A stretch of DNA of 64,000 nt, from NCBI GenBank assembly GCA_000934665.2, contig KZ538265.1, positions 1-64,000 of the forward strand, given 5' to 3'. Position 1 is the stretch's first letter. Each line of letters begins with the position of its first letter. This DNA is from Catajapyx aquilonaris. Its lineage: Eukaryota. Below are positions 53,601 through 64,000 of the stretch, piece after piece. The notes under the pieces were generated by a model, which was given only the letters and a program-made list of their open reading frames with translations, did no database searches and had not been told where the DNA came from. Both the position numbers and the translations under genes were made by a program.

Positions 53601-55793
53601 CAGTAAATGCTCTCAAATCCAATGAAGAGGTTGACATGTTCAAATGTTGCAGAGAAAAAGATCAGAAAACAATCAGTGGGGAAAAGTTGCTCAAGGGTTC
53701 TCATAGCTCCACAATTAAAATGTTCTCATGCCACTCTTCAGTGCAGTGACTTGAGTTCAATGCAAAATATTTCACCCCCTTCTCACTCTTCAAATGTCCT
53801 TTATAATACACACTTTCATTACAGAGGCCTTCTCCATGGGAATGAAGAATATGTATGTACAACAATAATTGTTGAAAAAAAGGGGGTTGCGTTATGGAAT
53901 CTCAAGTATAAGTCATTGAAATCAAGCAAAATAATGTCCCAAGTTGACTATTGCCTTGCATTTGACACAAATGAGAGCCCGTGGCAGTTGATATGAATTA
54001 ACTGTGGAACTTTTCATCACACTATTTGGCAAGACTTTACCCCCAATTGTTCCAACGAGCCATTCCTAATCAGAAATACTCTGCAGTTCTGATGTTGAAT
54101 AGATGTTTCTGTTTGGCATAACATTAGAAACCAATAATTTTGATAACCATTGAGAGAAACTAATGAAAACAAGTAGATTAGTGTCAACAAATTGCCACAT
54201 TAGTCACGCAAGTACTTTGGATCACGCTGCACCGGCTAAACACAAAGGATTAGACCACATAATGTATTTTTAAAAAAGGAAACTACAAGAAAAATTCAAA
54301 GAATATGACACCGTTTTTTTTTTTTTTGGCTATCATGCAAATGTGAATTTTGCAGCTGTCATGTACCCCCGCGAGCATAAAGATGGAGACGGCAGGCCCT
54401 TTTTTGACCTTTCTTTATCCGACTCAAATTAATGAACTCTTTTGGGACCAAGTTAGCTGCATCAGGCGTGTGTTTGTGTATTTATGACAGTATATTTGCT
54501 ACCGTAATAGCTGCAATTGGCAGAGCAGCCTGCCGAAGGTGAGGGCCTGCCGTCTCCATTTTTATGCTCGCGGGTGTACATGGTACACATGCAGAAATTG
54601 CTGAAAGTAATACTCACAATGTAAATCCCTGAGATATGAGTTCGTGTTCCTGAATCAGCATAAGAGACTTCCTCAACACAGTCCTCAAATCACACACTAC
54701 ATTTGTAAAGTCTTTCATCAAGCTCAACTCCTGCCTCCGCCTCCACCACCGGTACCAACTCAAGGGATGTCCTATGCCAAACAGTGCATAGATGCAGTTG
54801 AAGTAGGCACCAGATCCTGTCATGAGCGCTGCACCTGATGCTCCAACTGCCAGAATCAGCATATTCTTCCACCTTCATTAAATTATTAAAATTCACACAC
54901 ATTTCTGTATATCATTATGCATTTCCAGTAGAGGAGAACAAGCTCCCGTTACCATTTAAAAGACCCGTAATTTCAAATGTTACGCACCTGTGCCGAAGTG
55001 AATGATAATCCATCCAGTCTCTTTCCATCAATTGCGAAGAGTCATTTGTGGCCAGATTCGTCACTAACAAACTGTCTTCCTCCACAAGCAGGTTGCTCTT
55101 CAGAATTATTTGCAATGCAGCCAATCTGAATGCTTCTTCCTGAATTCAAGAAAATATTGACTTCACATATGATTGACACTGGGCATGAATAAACATTGAT
55201 ATTTTTAACAGACAAATTCAGAAAAGTCCACCTGACACTTTAAAAAAATGCCAATGTTAGACCATGCTATCAACCAAATCTTACATCATCACGTCGCCAC
55301 ATCCACTGAAACAAACTCCTTGGAAGCCTCAGCACGGAAGACACATTCCAAGTCGACTTCACTATCTTCTTCGACACATTTTTTCCCACAGCGCTTGGGC
55401 TGGCAATCTCAAAGTCGGAGAATCCAGACTCAACCAAATGCTTGTGCAGGTCGCTCCCCTGTATTTAAAAAAAAAATGTGCACTATTGTGAGCAGCTTTA
55501 TTACAGCGTAATTTATGACTGCAGTAACGAATGACCACTCAACGATGCTAGTTACAGCTTCTTTCCGTACAACTGTCATTTCATACTGACAGTGTTCTAA
55601 TTTTTTCAGATATAATTTCATTTGACTTTATCATCAGCCTGCTTTGTTTCATTACCCTTCTGAACTGATGAGCTGTTACTTGCTACCGATTCTGATGTGC
55701 TCGGCTTTGCTCAAAGCCCAATAACATGAATAAAATCGTCAAAAAATATACCTTGAGAACAACATCCTCGTCCTCTTCCTCCATGCCTGCCAT
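50601..55793 (-). CDS. VEZT: Vezatin (adherens-junction / myosin-binding transmembrane protein), 9 coding exons, ~662 aa
   Basis: Exons (minus): 55793-55752, 55458-55285, 55139-54988, 54872-54618, 53056-52774, 52711-52539, 52422-51930, 51309-51259, 50966-50601. All introns are GT-AG with consistent phases (1989 nt total). Vezatin-like motifs: EDEDVVLKGSDLHKHL..DFEI, a hydrophobic TM-like region, LIQEHELISQGFT, QLSELMRRFAL, VHSLVLHLQSALL, EDEVFE and VFRELRTVL. Confidence 0.88.
54366..54576. mobile_element. Tc1/mariner-type MITE in vezatin intron 4
   Basis: 35-bp TIRs CCCCCGCGAGCATAAAGATGGAGACGGCAGGCCCT / AGGGCCTGCCGTCTCCATTTTTATGCTCGCGGGTG (2 mismatches); TA TSD at 54364-54365 and 54577-54578. 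Confidence 0.85.
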
Positions 55794-56145
55794 GCTCTTT
55801 TTTTTTCAGTATATTTTTTTAATCAATTAAGTTCCGCCATCCCCACCCAGATGGCAGCCTTGCCCAACACAGCCCAATGCTGCCATCTGTTATCAGTAAT
55901 CATCACCACTGTATTACGTAAACAAAATTCGAACCGAATAAAAACATTTTATCGTGACACAATTTTAATCCATCCTCCAATTATTCTTATTTATATAAAA
56001 ACTAGAAATTGTCGACCGGGATCTGGAGTAGGGTGTCCACCTGCCACCCCTGCTTCGTCAGCTGTAGTAGTTGCGGCCAGTGAGGGTCCTTCCTCCTCCT
56101 GGTGCAGAGTCCAACCCTCTCGTTCGTTCGACTCAGGCAGAAGCC
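55794..56145. promoter_or_regulatory. Bidirectional promoter region shared by vezatin and the carnitine carrier
   Basis: Only 352 bp separate the divergent ATGs (55793 minus, 56146 plus). The region contains an inverted CAGATGGCAGC pair (55848-55858, 55879-55889). Confidence 0.75.
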
Positions 56146-59100
56146 ATGGGCAACCCGGAGAAGAAGGCTCCCGAGAAACTAAAGGTCAAGAAGGTCAGCC
56201 CGGGCAAGAACTTCTTGGCAGGGGGGTTCGGAGGAATATGCACCGTTATGGCTGGACATCCCTTGGATACCATCAAGGTAAATAGTATTGTTTTGCAAGA
56301 GTTATGCAAGGGGGTGAAGAGGGAGGGAGAGAGCAAAAAAAAGAATGGAGGGTTGGTTCCAAATATAATTTGTGCTTGTGCAGATGGGATGGAGGACGGG
56401 ATGGAACTAGTTAAGGGGGTGTCAATCTGTGTCCTTGCCGTTTGGAAGCGCTGGCTTGGTTGGGAAAGGCAGTGTTACATTCCGATATGTACCTAGTTCT
56501 GTATCATACCATGCACAAAAAATCATGGACATACGAACCGACCACAGGGCATAAAATAAATAAATCATAACATACCAGGGAAATCCATGCCCAATTTTTG
56601 CAGTTTTTTTTACACCACTAATGATCTGTTGTACAAACTACAGTCGGTCCATATGAAAACGACAGCTAGCTCCGTCATTAATCTTAACTCATGTTCATGC
56701 AGCAGGCGCCAAGGTAGCATTTTTTCTGCCCTCTCGCCTGGTAACGTCCTATTAGTCCTAAAGATGCATAAATGAGCTGGCCAGCTCAATTCACTGGCAT
56801 GTAAGCAAGTGGAAGGTGAAATTTTTGCATTGGATTATCTCTAACGTGGTTTTATGGACTTTGTGTGCTTCTAGTGCATGCCTGCAAAATAATGGGGAGT
56901 TTCAGTACAATCAGGTTGTAAAAGTTATGCTGCTGTGCTACGTCATGGCACCTTTGGCAACACGTGAATATTCAAGAATATCCACTTGATATCCTGAATG
57001 TCCAGTTTTCAGTACTAATGAATGATCAATAAAGGCCTCTGAATATGCTAACAGTACATACGGTCCATATGGACAAGCAAATATTCAGGTAATTCAGTAT
57101 TGTTTCCCGAACATTCATGTGTTAATGGGGATGATATAAATAATAATAATAGTGATGACATTACATCTGTAAGCATTTAAGATTGTAAGATGCACATGAA
57201 CACAGATTTGAAATTGAATGAATTAGCTTATTATCAGTTGTGTGAGTACAGCTCAGTGTGCATCAGTGTTTTATCAGCTGATAACGACTGTAGTAATAAG
57301 CAAGAGCTTCTGAAGCATGTTCAGCTGAAATTATTATTATTGCATATATTGCAATTTAGTACAAAAAATTCATGCACAACTCAATCTGGAAAGGAATTAC
57401 AGAGAGGCCTACATAAATTTATTTTGCAACCATACTGATACTCTAATATCTTATTCCTAGTTTATAGCATAGCAGTAAGGCATGAGTGCTTGTAATTATT
57501 GGCATAGTTGCCCATCAAATTAAGCATGTCCAAGGAGGCCATTAGGAGATAATTTATGTGACAATTAACATGCACTACAATATCTGAGAGTACTAAATAG
57601 TTGCAGACATTTAAAAAGGGACAAGAGTCCACATTTTGAGAACTTTGCTCATGGAGTTAACTTCTTGTGACTTATCATTCTTGTGGGGTCTTCATATCAT
57701 GAATGAGTAACTTACCTCATCACACATTACTGGTTCTGGACAAAGTCCATAGGAGTTGTCATACATGTTGTGGACTGATAAAAGTTTAGATATTATAATG
57801 ACTCTGTATATCAAATTCAGTTTGTCATGACTTACCACATGATGGCCATGGGAACAAGTATCAAAATTGATAGGAGTATGTCTGTGTTTTATTATAATGT
57901 CATTATAATGTTTTTTATCAAAATGATTCACCTTTTGCCAATACACCAGAAGCCGTTGTCTAAGTTTAGTTCCCAGAGTTTGTCATTATGCTGGCAGATA
58001 AGGGATGGGTGCCAGCTGGCTACAAAAATGCTACAAGATGCCTGGCTTAGAGTATTTAAAAAAATTACACCATAAGATGTAGTCAGTGTGCCATTCCTGA
58101 AGGGTAAGATTTAGATCCAAAAGGAGAGATTGTTCAGCTAATCCTTCCCAACCCCATTCCTAGAGCTACAGTATTATTTTATTGATCTGAACATCCCTTT
58201 CACAAAGGCACTTGACAATTTCACTTATCAATGTTTTGATATACTGTTTCCTAGGTTGGTAAAAATAAGTATAAGTAAGTAAGAACGTAAACTTTAAAAA
58301 ACTGCGAATAAAAAATTAACAAACAATATCTTGGGAGTAACTTGGCCAAGCAAACCCACCAGAAGATGATTCTCCTGGCACAACTTCCTTCTTGGCCTTG
58401 GCACCTTTGACTGGCGATGCTGAATTTTTATAACATTTTTGGAAAGCTCCTTTTGCAGATGATTAAACACACCTTTTAGTGATCAACAGGTCTTCATAAT
58501 TCTGGTTATTTCAACACCCTGAAGAATTCTGGTTAATTCAACCCGTGGCGAAATTCTCTGCACTTTAGGAAGAATATGAGTGTATACAATCTTTCCAAGG
58601 GAACTGTTGTATTCATGTTGATTTTTTGGTATTCGCTAATTTTTGAATTTTTATTTCAATTAGGTAAGACTGCAGACTATGCCCAAACCTGCACCTGGAG
58701 AAAGTCCCATGTTTGCTGGAACATGGGATTGTGCCAAGAAGACTGTGACAAAAGAGGGAGTGCTAGGATTGTACAAAGGTGAATAATTATCTGCATTATG
58801 TGGCATAGGTAATGGAAAAATTCTAACACTGATTTCTCTACCTGTAGGAATGGGTGCACCTATTGTTGGAGTAGCTCCGATATTTGCAATGAGCTTCTTT
58901 GGTTTTGGCCTTGGAAAGAGGATGATCCAAACTCATGATGATCAAGAACTGGGCTTGTCTGAACTTTTTGCTGCTGGGGCTTTCTCAGGAATTTTCACCA
59001 CAACCATTATGGCACCTGGGGAACGAATCAAGTGCTTATTGCAGGTGAGTCTTGCCAGGAGGCTGATTTCCAATGACAACCCTAATCTGTGCTAGGCCTA

Positions 59101-62100
59101 CATTGAGTCACACTCTCATTTAAGTATTACCATATTGGTGCTTCGAGAATCCCAGATATTATTCAACATGAGACATACAGGTGGCAAATATCGCAATGTC
59201 TTGACAAATAAAATGCATTGTCTGAGTTGAAATTATTTTGCAATCATCTCAGTTTGGCAATGGCCAACTAAAGGGACACTCCACTCAATTTGCAAGCTGG
59301 TCTCTAAAAATTTGGCAAAATATCTGTCATTCTGTGGATGTGATGGGCTTTTCTGAGAACTGAAAGGTATCCTCAGGGGGTCAGGTCAAAGTCAGCTGGA
59401 AAGCAGCCAAACTGCTAGGTAGTGGTGGAAATGGTGGAAACAACATTTTTTAAAGAAATTATGTGGCAACTGTATTCAAGGGAGAGAATCAGTGAGTCTG
59501 CCTCCACATGACCAACCACAATCAGACCCATTCCCTCGAGGTAATGCCTGGATTGCTGGCTGTCCCCTCACGTTATGAATCTGCTGAGGATACAGTGCAT
59601 TTTTTCCATCTTTTGACCTGTCATCCTGGAATTGCTTTTCACTTCTGAGAAAAATTGATTGCATCCTTGGCATCAAGATTTTTCAGACTGATTTTTAGAG
59701 ACCCACTTGTACATCTAGTGCATTGCCCCTTTAATCTGGGACATATGATTTAGTCCAGTGACAGACAATGCAATCTAATAACTTCAATTAATGCAACCAT
59801 GCTCAACATAATTTACCTTACAGGGACAAATCTGAAGTAAATGTGTGTGTGCTAATTTCTAATTTTTAAACATTTTTTTTTGCTATATAGATACAGCAAG
59901 GTGGTACAGCTCCCATTAAATACAAGGGCCCAGCAGACTGTGCTAAGCAGCTTTATCGGGAGGGTGGAATAAGGAGCATTTACAAGGGGACTTTTGCAAC
60001 TCTTCTCAGGGGTATGATTAAAACTTTTTATTTGCCTTTTACTGTACCATGACACACTTTTTTTTGTGGTTTTGACTAGTTGTGTACTGGTGAAGAGACA
60101 GTAGCAGATAAGATAGAGCTTGCTAGTTAGTCAGGTTTCCTTTTTTTGTACAGTGAGGAAGAGGGGAAATAGGAAATGAGATATGGGTCATTACAGAAGG
60201 GAAAATAGATTGCATGCTTGTTCCGGTAGGAGTCTTTTTATTTTCATGACTACACATTGGTTTATGTACACTTTTGCAATTTCATTAATCCCTTTGTCCT
60301 CTATTACAATATTTTGCAATGTAGCCTTGTGCCAAAAAATTACATTTTAGAGTAGTGTGAATAAGGCAGTGCACTTTTCAGGTTTCATAGGTTTGAAAGT
60401 CAGGAAAGTGTCTCACTCCAGCTTGTTCAAGAGGGCTAACTTTTTTCTCTCCTGCTCCAACTTCCATGCCTTTTTGGAAACCTTTACTTCTTTGTTGTCC
60501 TTGTCCAATATTACAAACTGCTCAGGGTCGTTACTTGCAACAATAGTTTCGGTCTGGGATTTCTGGATTTCCGGATTACCAATTTTTTGAACCTTGTCTG
60601 CTTGCTTGGCATCATCGCCCTTTTTCATCTGGTCAATCGTCCTTGCATTTGCAGAATTTTGAAGACTCTCAGTCCTCTTGGCATCAAGGAGTTTTTTAAC
60701 AGCAGCAATATCTACTCGAGCAGCTTTCTCCTCCCCCTTTCGAGTCTTCTTCCCACACCTCAGCTCCTTCCTCATCACATCAAACACTCCCATCCCATTA
60801 AACTTTTTAGGGGTTGCACAGGTTGGGGCAACTCTCTTGCTGTAATGGTACCGTACGGTACCATCAGGTCCCTTCTGTCTCACCTTGTTAATTGCTGCTG
60901 GTCGCAGCTCCTTCAGGTCACAAGTGCAATGCCAAGGATTGTGTTGCAGGCGGATCAGCTTTGCCGTTGGGATGCTTCGGAACAGACCTGAAGGCACTCT
61001 AGAGAGACTGTTTCCTTGCAGCCACAATTCACGAAGTGAGGCGAGATCATCAAAGATGCCAGGTGGCATGAAAGATAGCTTGTTGTGTGAAAGGTCCAGC
61101 TTTATAAGGCTGTTGAGTCCAACAAATGCATCCATTGAAAGCTTGCGCATCTCGCAGTGACTCATCACTACTGTCTCAATACGGGGAGAGTCCAAGAAGG
61201 CGTCATACAGCACTTTCCACACAGCACCATGTAGAGTTAGGCTGCGTAAAGATGGAGCACCGCGCATTGTGTCACGATCTAAGACTGTCACAGACACATT
61301 TGTGACAATCAGTTCTTCCAATGAGTCGAGACCAGTTAGGGATCCTGGATGCAGCTCAAGGCCTTGCGTTTTACTGCCAATGTGAAGCCACTTTGTAGAA
61401 TTCAGGACACTGAAAGATCCTGGATATACTGCCTCAATTGGATTTCCATGCAAATCAAGCCACTTCAGGCTGGGCAAAGATGGGAATGACAACTCTGACA
61501 AGACTGGCACCTCGTTATGACTCAGGTCGAGTTTTTCCAGGCTTGGTAATCCAATCAGTCCAGAGCTGTGTATATGTAGGAGTTTGTTGTGAGCAAGAGA
61601 CAATTGGCGCAGGTTAGGAGCCCCATGGAATGCAAAATCTGGGATGTGTCGGATACCATTTCGCTCCAAGGATAAGTAGGTCAGAGAGGAACATCCTTGG
61701 AGCAGCTCCCAGTCAAGCGTGCGCAGCCCGCAGGAATGGGCTCGAAGGAGTCGTAGCTGGGTAAGGTTGGCAAATGTAGAGGGTATTCCTCGCTCCTTCC
61801 TTTCTTGCTCGGATTTGTACACAACGTATGGGACCACCTCCTCATCTTCTGGTTTGGCAAATACCAACTCATGACCTAGTTGAGGCACAAGATGACTCAG
61901 CGCAGGCTCTGTTCCATTGCGTCGTCCATGGAGGGACACAAACTGGAGGTTCAGGTATAGCAAGGTGCGCTCAATCCCTCGAAAGACATCTTCAGATAGG
62001 ACTACTCGACCTCGCCTGTCTGCTTCTTCTTCAATGCCATCTTCATTACCTTCGGTGACAGTCCGGTCCAGGTGGATCTCATGATCTTCAGGTCGGTTTC

Positions 62101-64000
62101 CGTGATGTCCACTGATGTGTTGCAATCCATTGTGACGGTAACCTTGAACCTCGAGGAAGGTCAGGTTTTGGAACTGGAGAAAATGGCGGCGATCCAAAAC
62201 CACAGGCCCTGAGTCCGGGGATTGGAGCAGGGAGAGGGCCTGTGAAAAAGTTTACAGTTTGGGATGTCATCAGTAGGAAGGAGGAAGGATAGAGGTTGAT
62301 AGAAGACAGAGTATCACCTACTTTTTTCAATCTGTGGCCCCCCTATTTCTATTTATTGAATTTAAAAATATTTTATCTAGAGATTTAGGAGTCATGCTAC
62401 ATGCAAGCAAAACAACTGCTCTTACCTGTTAGTGACAGGTATTCATAACATTTTTACTTGATTAATTTGTGCATTAATCAGTGCAAGTGGCTCTCACTGA
62501 TTTATTATGATTATCTTTAATGTACGCTTGATATGCCAGTTTGAGGTCAATAGTGATTAGCTGTTTGATATGTCACTCACAACTCTGGATTTGATTCCTT
62601 AGTGTCGGCCAGAAGCTTGCAATTTTGGAGGACATAATTTTTATTTCAATTTAACCAGATCCAGGAGAACACATATTTTTGATAGTTTTGCAAAGAAACA
62701 GTAAAGTCACCATACTTGAACATCACTAGGGATGAGATGCATAAGCAGGAGGTGGTCGCCGCCTTTCTCCAGCACACACGTAGCTGTTTTCAATTCCTCC
62801 TTGGTTGGTTTTTCCACCTGAAATATTACGGTTTCTGTACACATTTGTCTGCTGCCCCTGAGCTGAGCTTTTCAAGTTGGTCTGTGTCTTGAGCCATATT
62901 CCCATTGTTCAGGCAGCTGTCTTTGCTAATTTTACATGGTACTTGTACATCGCATAAAATATGAAGTCAGCACATCCATTGTATGTACAGAAGTAGGGCC
63001 TACTGAATTTATATTGAAAATGGTGCATAATGCCATTTGCTTTCGCTGTGTACTTAGATGCACTCTGATAAAATATTCCTCAATGTCAAATATGAACTAC
63101 TTAACTATTGACAAATGCGAACCTCATTGGTCTGAAGATAGGTGTGATCCTTGGGAACTTCCTGAGCAATCCACTTGTACACGGGGAGGTCCTTGAACTC
63201 CGATGAGTAGCAGGCACACTCCCGAGGGCACTCCGTGTTCCAGGTCCCTTCCACATTCCACACTGAATTAGCAACTACAAGCACGAGCACTACCAACTGC
63301 ATCTTGGTGTCTCAGTGGCCTAACTGGGGGATGCACTTCATTAAAAAGAGAGAAGTGGAAGACACCCCTCCTTGTTTTATCAGTCCCCTTTTCCTGCTCA
63401 CTGGTCAAGGGCGAAAGAGATAATGTCACAATTTAGTTCCGTTTATGTTACAATTAACTGCAATTAACTCCTTGCAGATGTGCCTGCAAGCGGGGCATAC
63501 TTTGCCACCTACGAGGGACTGAAGAGGACGCTGACTCCAGCAGGCTCAACTGGATTAAGTCCTGCCTTGACCATGTTTTGCGGGGGGATGGCTGGAATAT
63601 GCAACTGGGCCGTGTGCATGCCAGCTGATGTGCTCAAGAGCAGACTTCAAACAGGTAATGCATTGCTGCTGATGGATGGCACTGGGAGAAATTGTCATGC
63701 CGTTCACCCTGCACTTTTATACTTGACAAATGACTTGCCTGTCAAACGTACACTGAATACAGATAAGAACTTTTTTTTTCATCATGAGAGGGTGGAAGGA
63801 ACTTGACAAAAAAGTACTAGGCATGCATCTCCATCCTGCTGTGAAAGTAAATAGTACAATTTTTTTCTCTCTCTCTCTCTTTGTTTGCTGATGGCAGCTC
63901 CTGAAGGGACATATCCCCGAGGAGTACGAGACGTGTTCAAGGTCCTAATAAAGGAGGACGGCTTCCTTGCCCTGTACCGGGGAGTAATACCAGTGATGCT
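56146..64000 (+). CDS. SLC25A20: Mitochondrial carnitine/acylcarnitine translocase (SLC25A20 / congested-like trachea), 3' end beyond the window
   Basis: Exons 56146-56277, 58664-58778, 58848-59044, 59891-60011, 63478-63654 and 63898->64000, all GT-AG and in phase. Three carrier signature motifs ([33 protein letters not shown]), plus CACT-typical [40 protein letters not shown] and [15 protein letters not shown]. Confidence 0.95.
60413..63302 (-). CDS. Secreted extracellular leucine-rich-repeat protein (~702 aa), nested antisense in SLC25A20 intron 4
   Basis: Exons (minus): 63302-63123 (signal-peptide-like [19 protein letters not shown] and LRRNT CPRECAC), 62817-62716 (TATCVL...IPSDVQ) and 62239-60413 (repeated LxxLxLxxN motifs, [14 protein letters not shown]...CATP...C, Lys-rich tail). 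Both introns are phase-0 GT-AG. AATAAA on the minus strand at 60242-60237. No TM segment seen. Confidence 0.9.

Noticed and set aside
1..64000. CRISPR arrays, operons, rRNA genes or prokaryotic defence systems
   Set aside because: The DNA is eukaryotic and intron-containing; no regularly spaced repeat-spacer array or rRNA-like sequence was seen.

Overview
Animal genomic DNA with spliceosomal introns, most likely from an insect or other arthropod (inferred from gene content and tRNA-SINE types); draft assembly with N gaps. Positions 1-50,000 form a gene desert around one developmental regulator: a Fez-family zinc-finger repressor (Fezf/earmuff-like, eh1 motif plus six C2H2 fingers, CDS uninterrupted at ~29757-31775). 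The desert contains GC-rich candidate enhancer islands, two TSD-flanked tRNA-derived SINEs, a probable LINE remnant, several MITEs, a 1.3-kb foldback element and a near-perfect 76-bp hairpin. Positions 50,600-64,000 are gene-dense: a 9-exon vezatin gene (minus) sits head-to-head, ~350 bp apart, with the mitochondrial carnitine/acylcarnitine carrier (SLC25A20/colt-like, plus, running off the window end). Intron 4 of the carrier contains the whole 3-exon CDS of an antisense gene for a secreted LRR protein. All exon structures were derived by hand from splice signals and frame continuity; no database searches were run. I see no clearly new biological system. The best leads are the nested LRR gene, a box C/D k-turn at the end of the LINE remnant, the 76-bp hairpin, and the putative distal promoter and 3'UTR control elements of Fezf.
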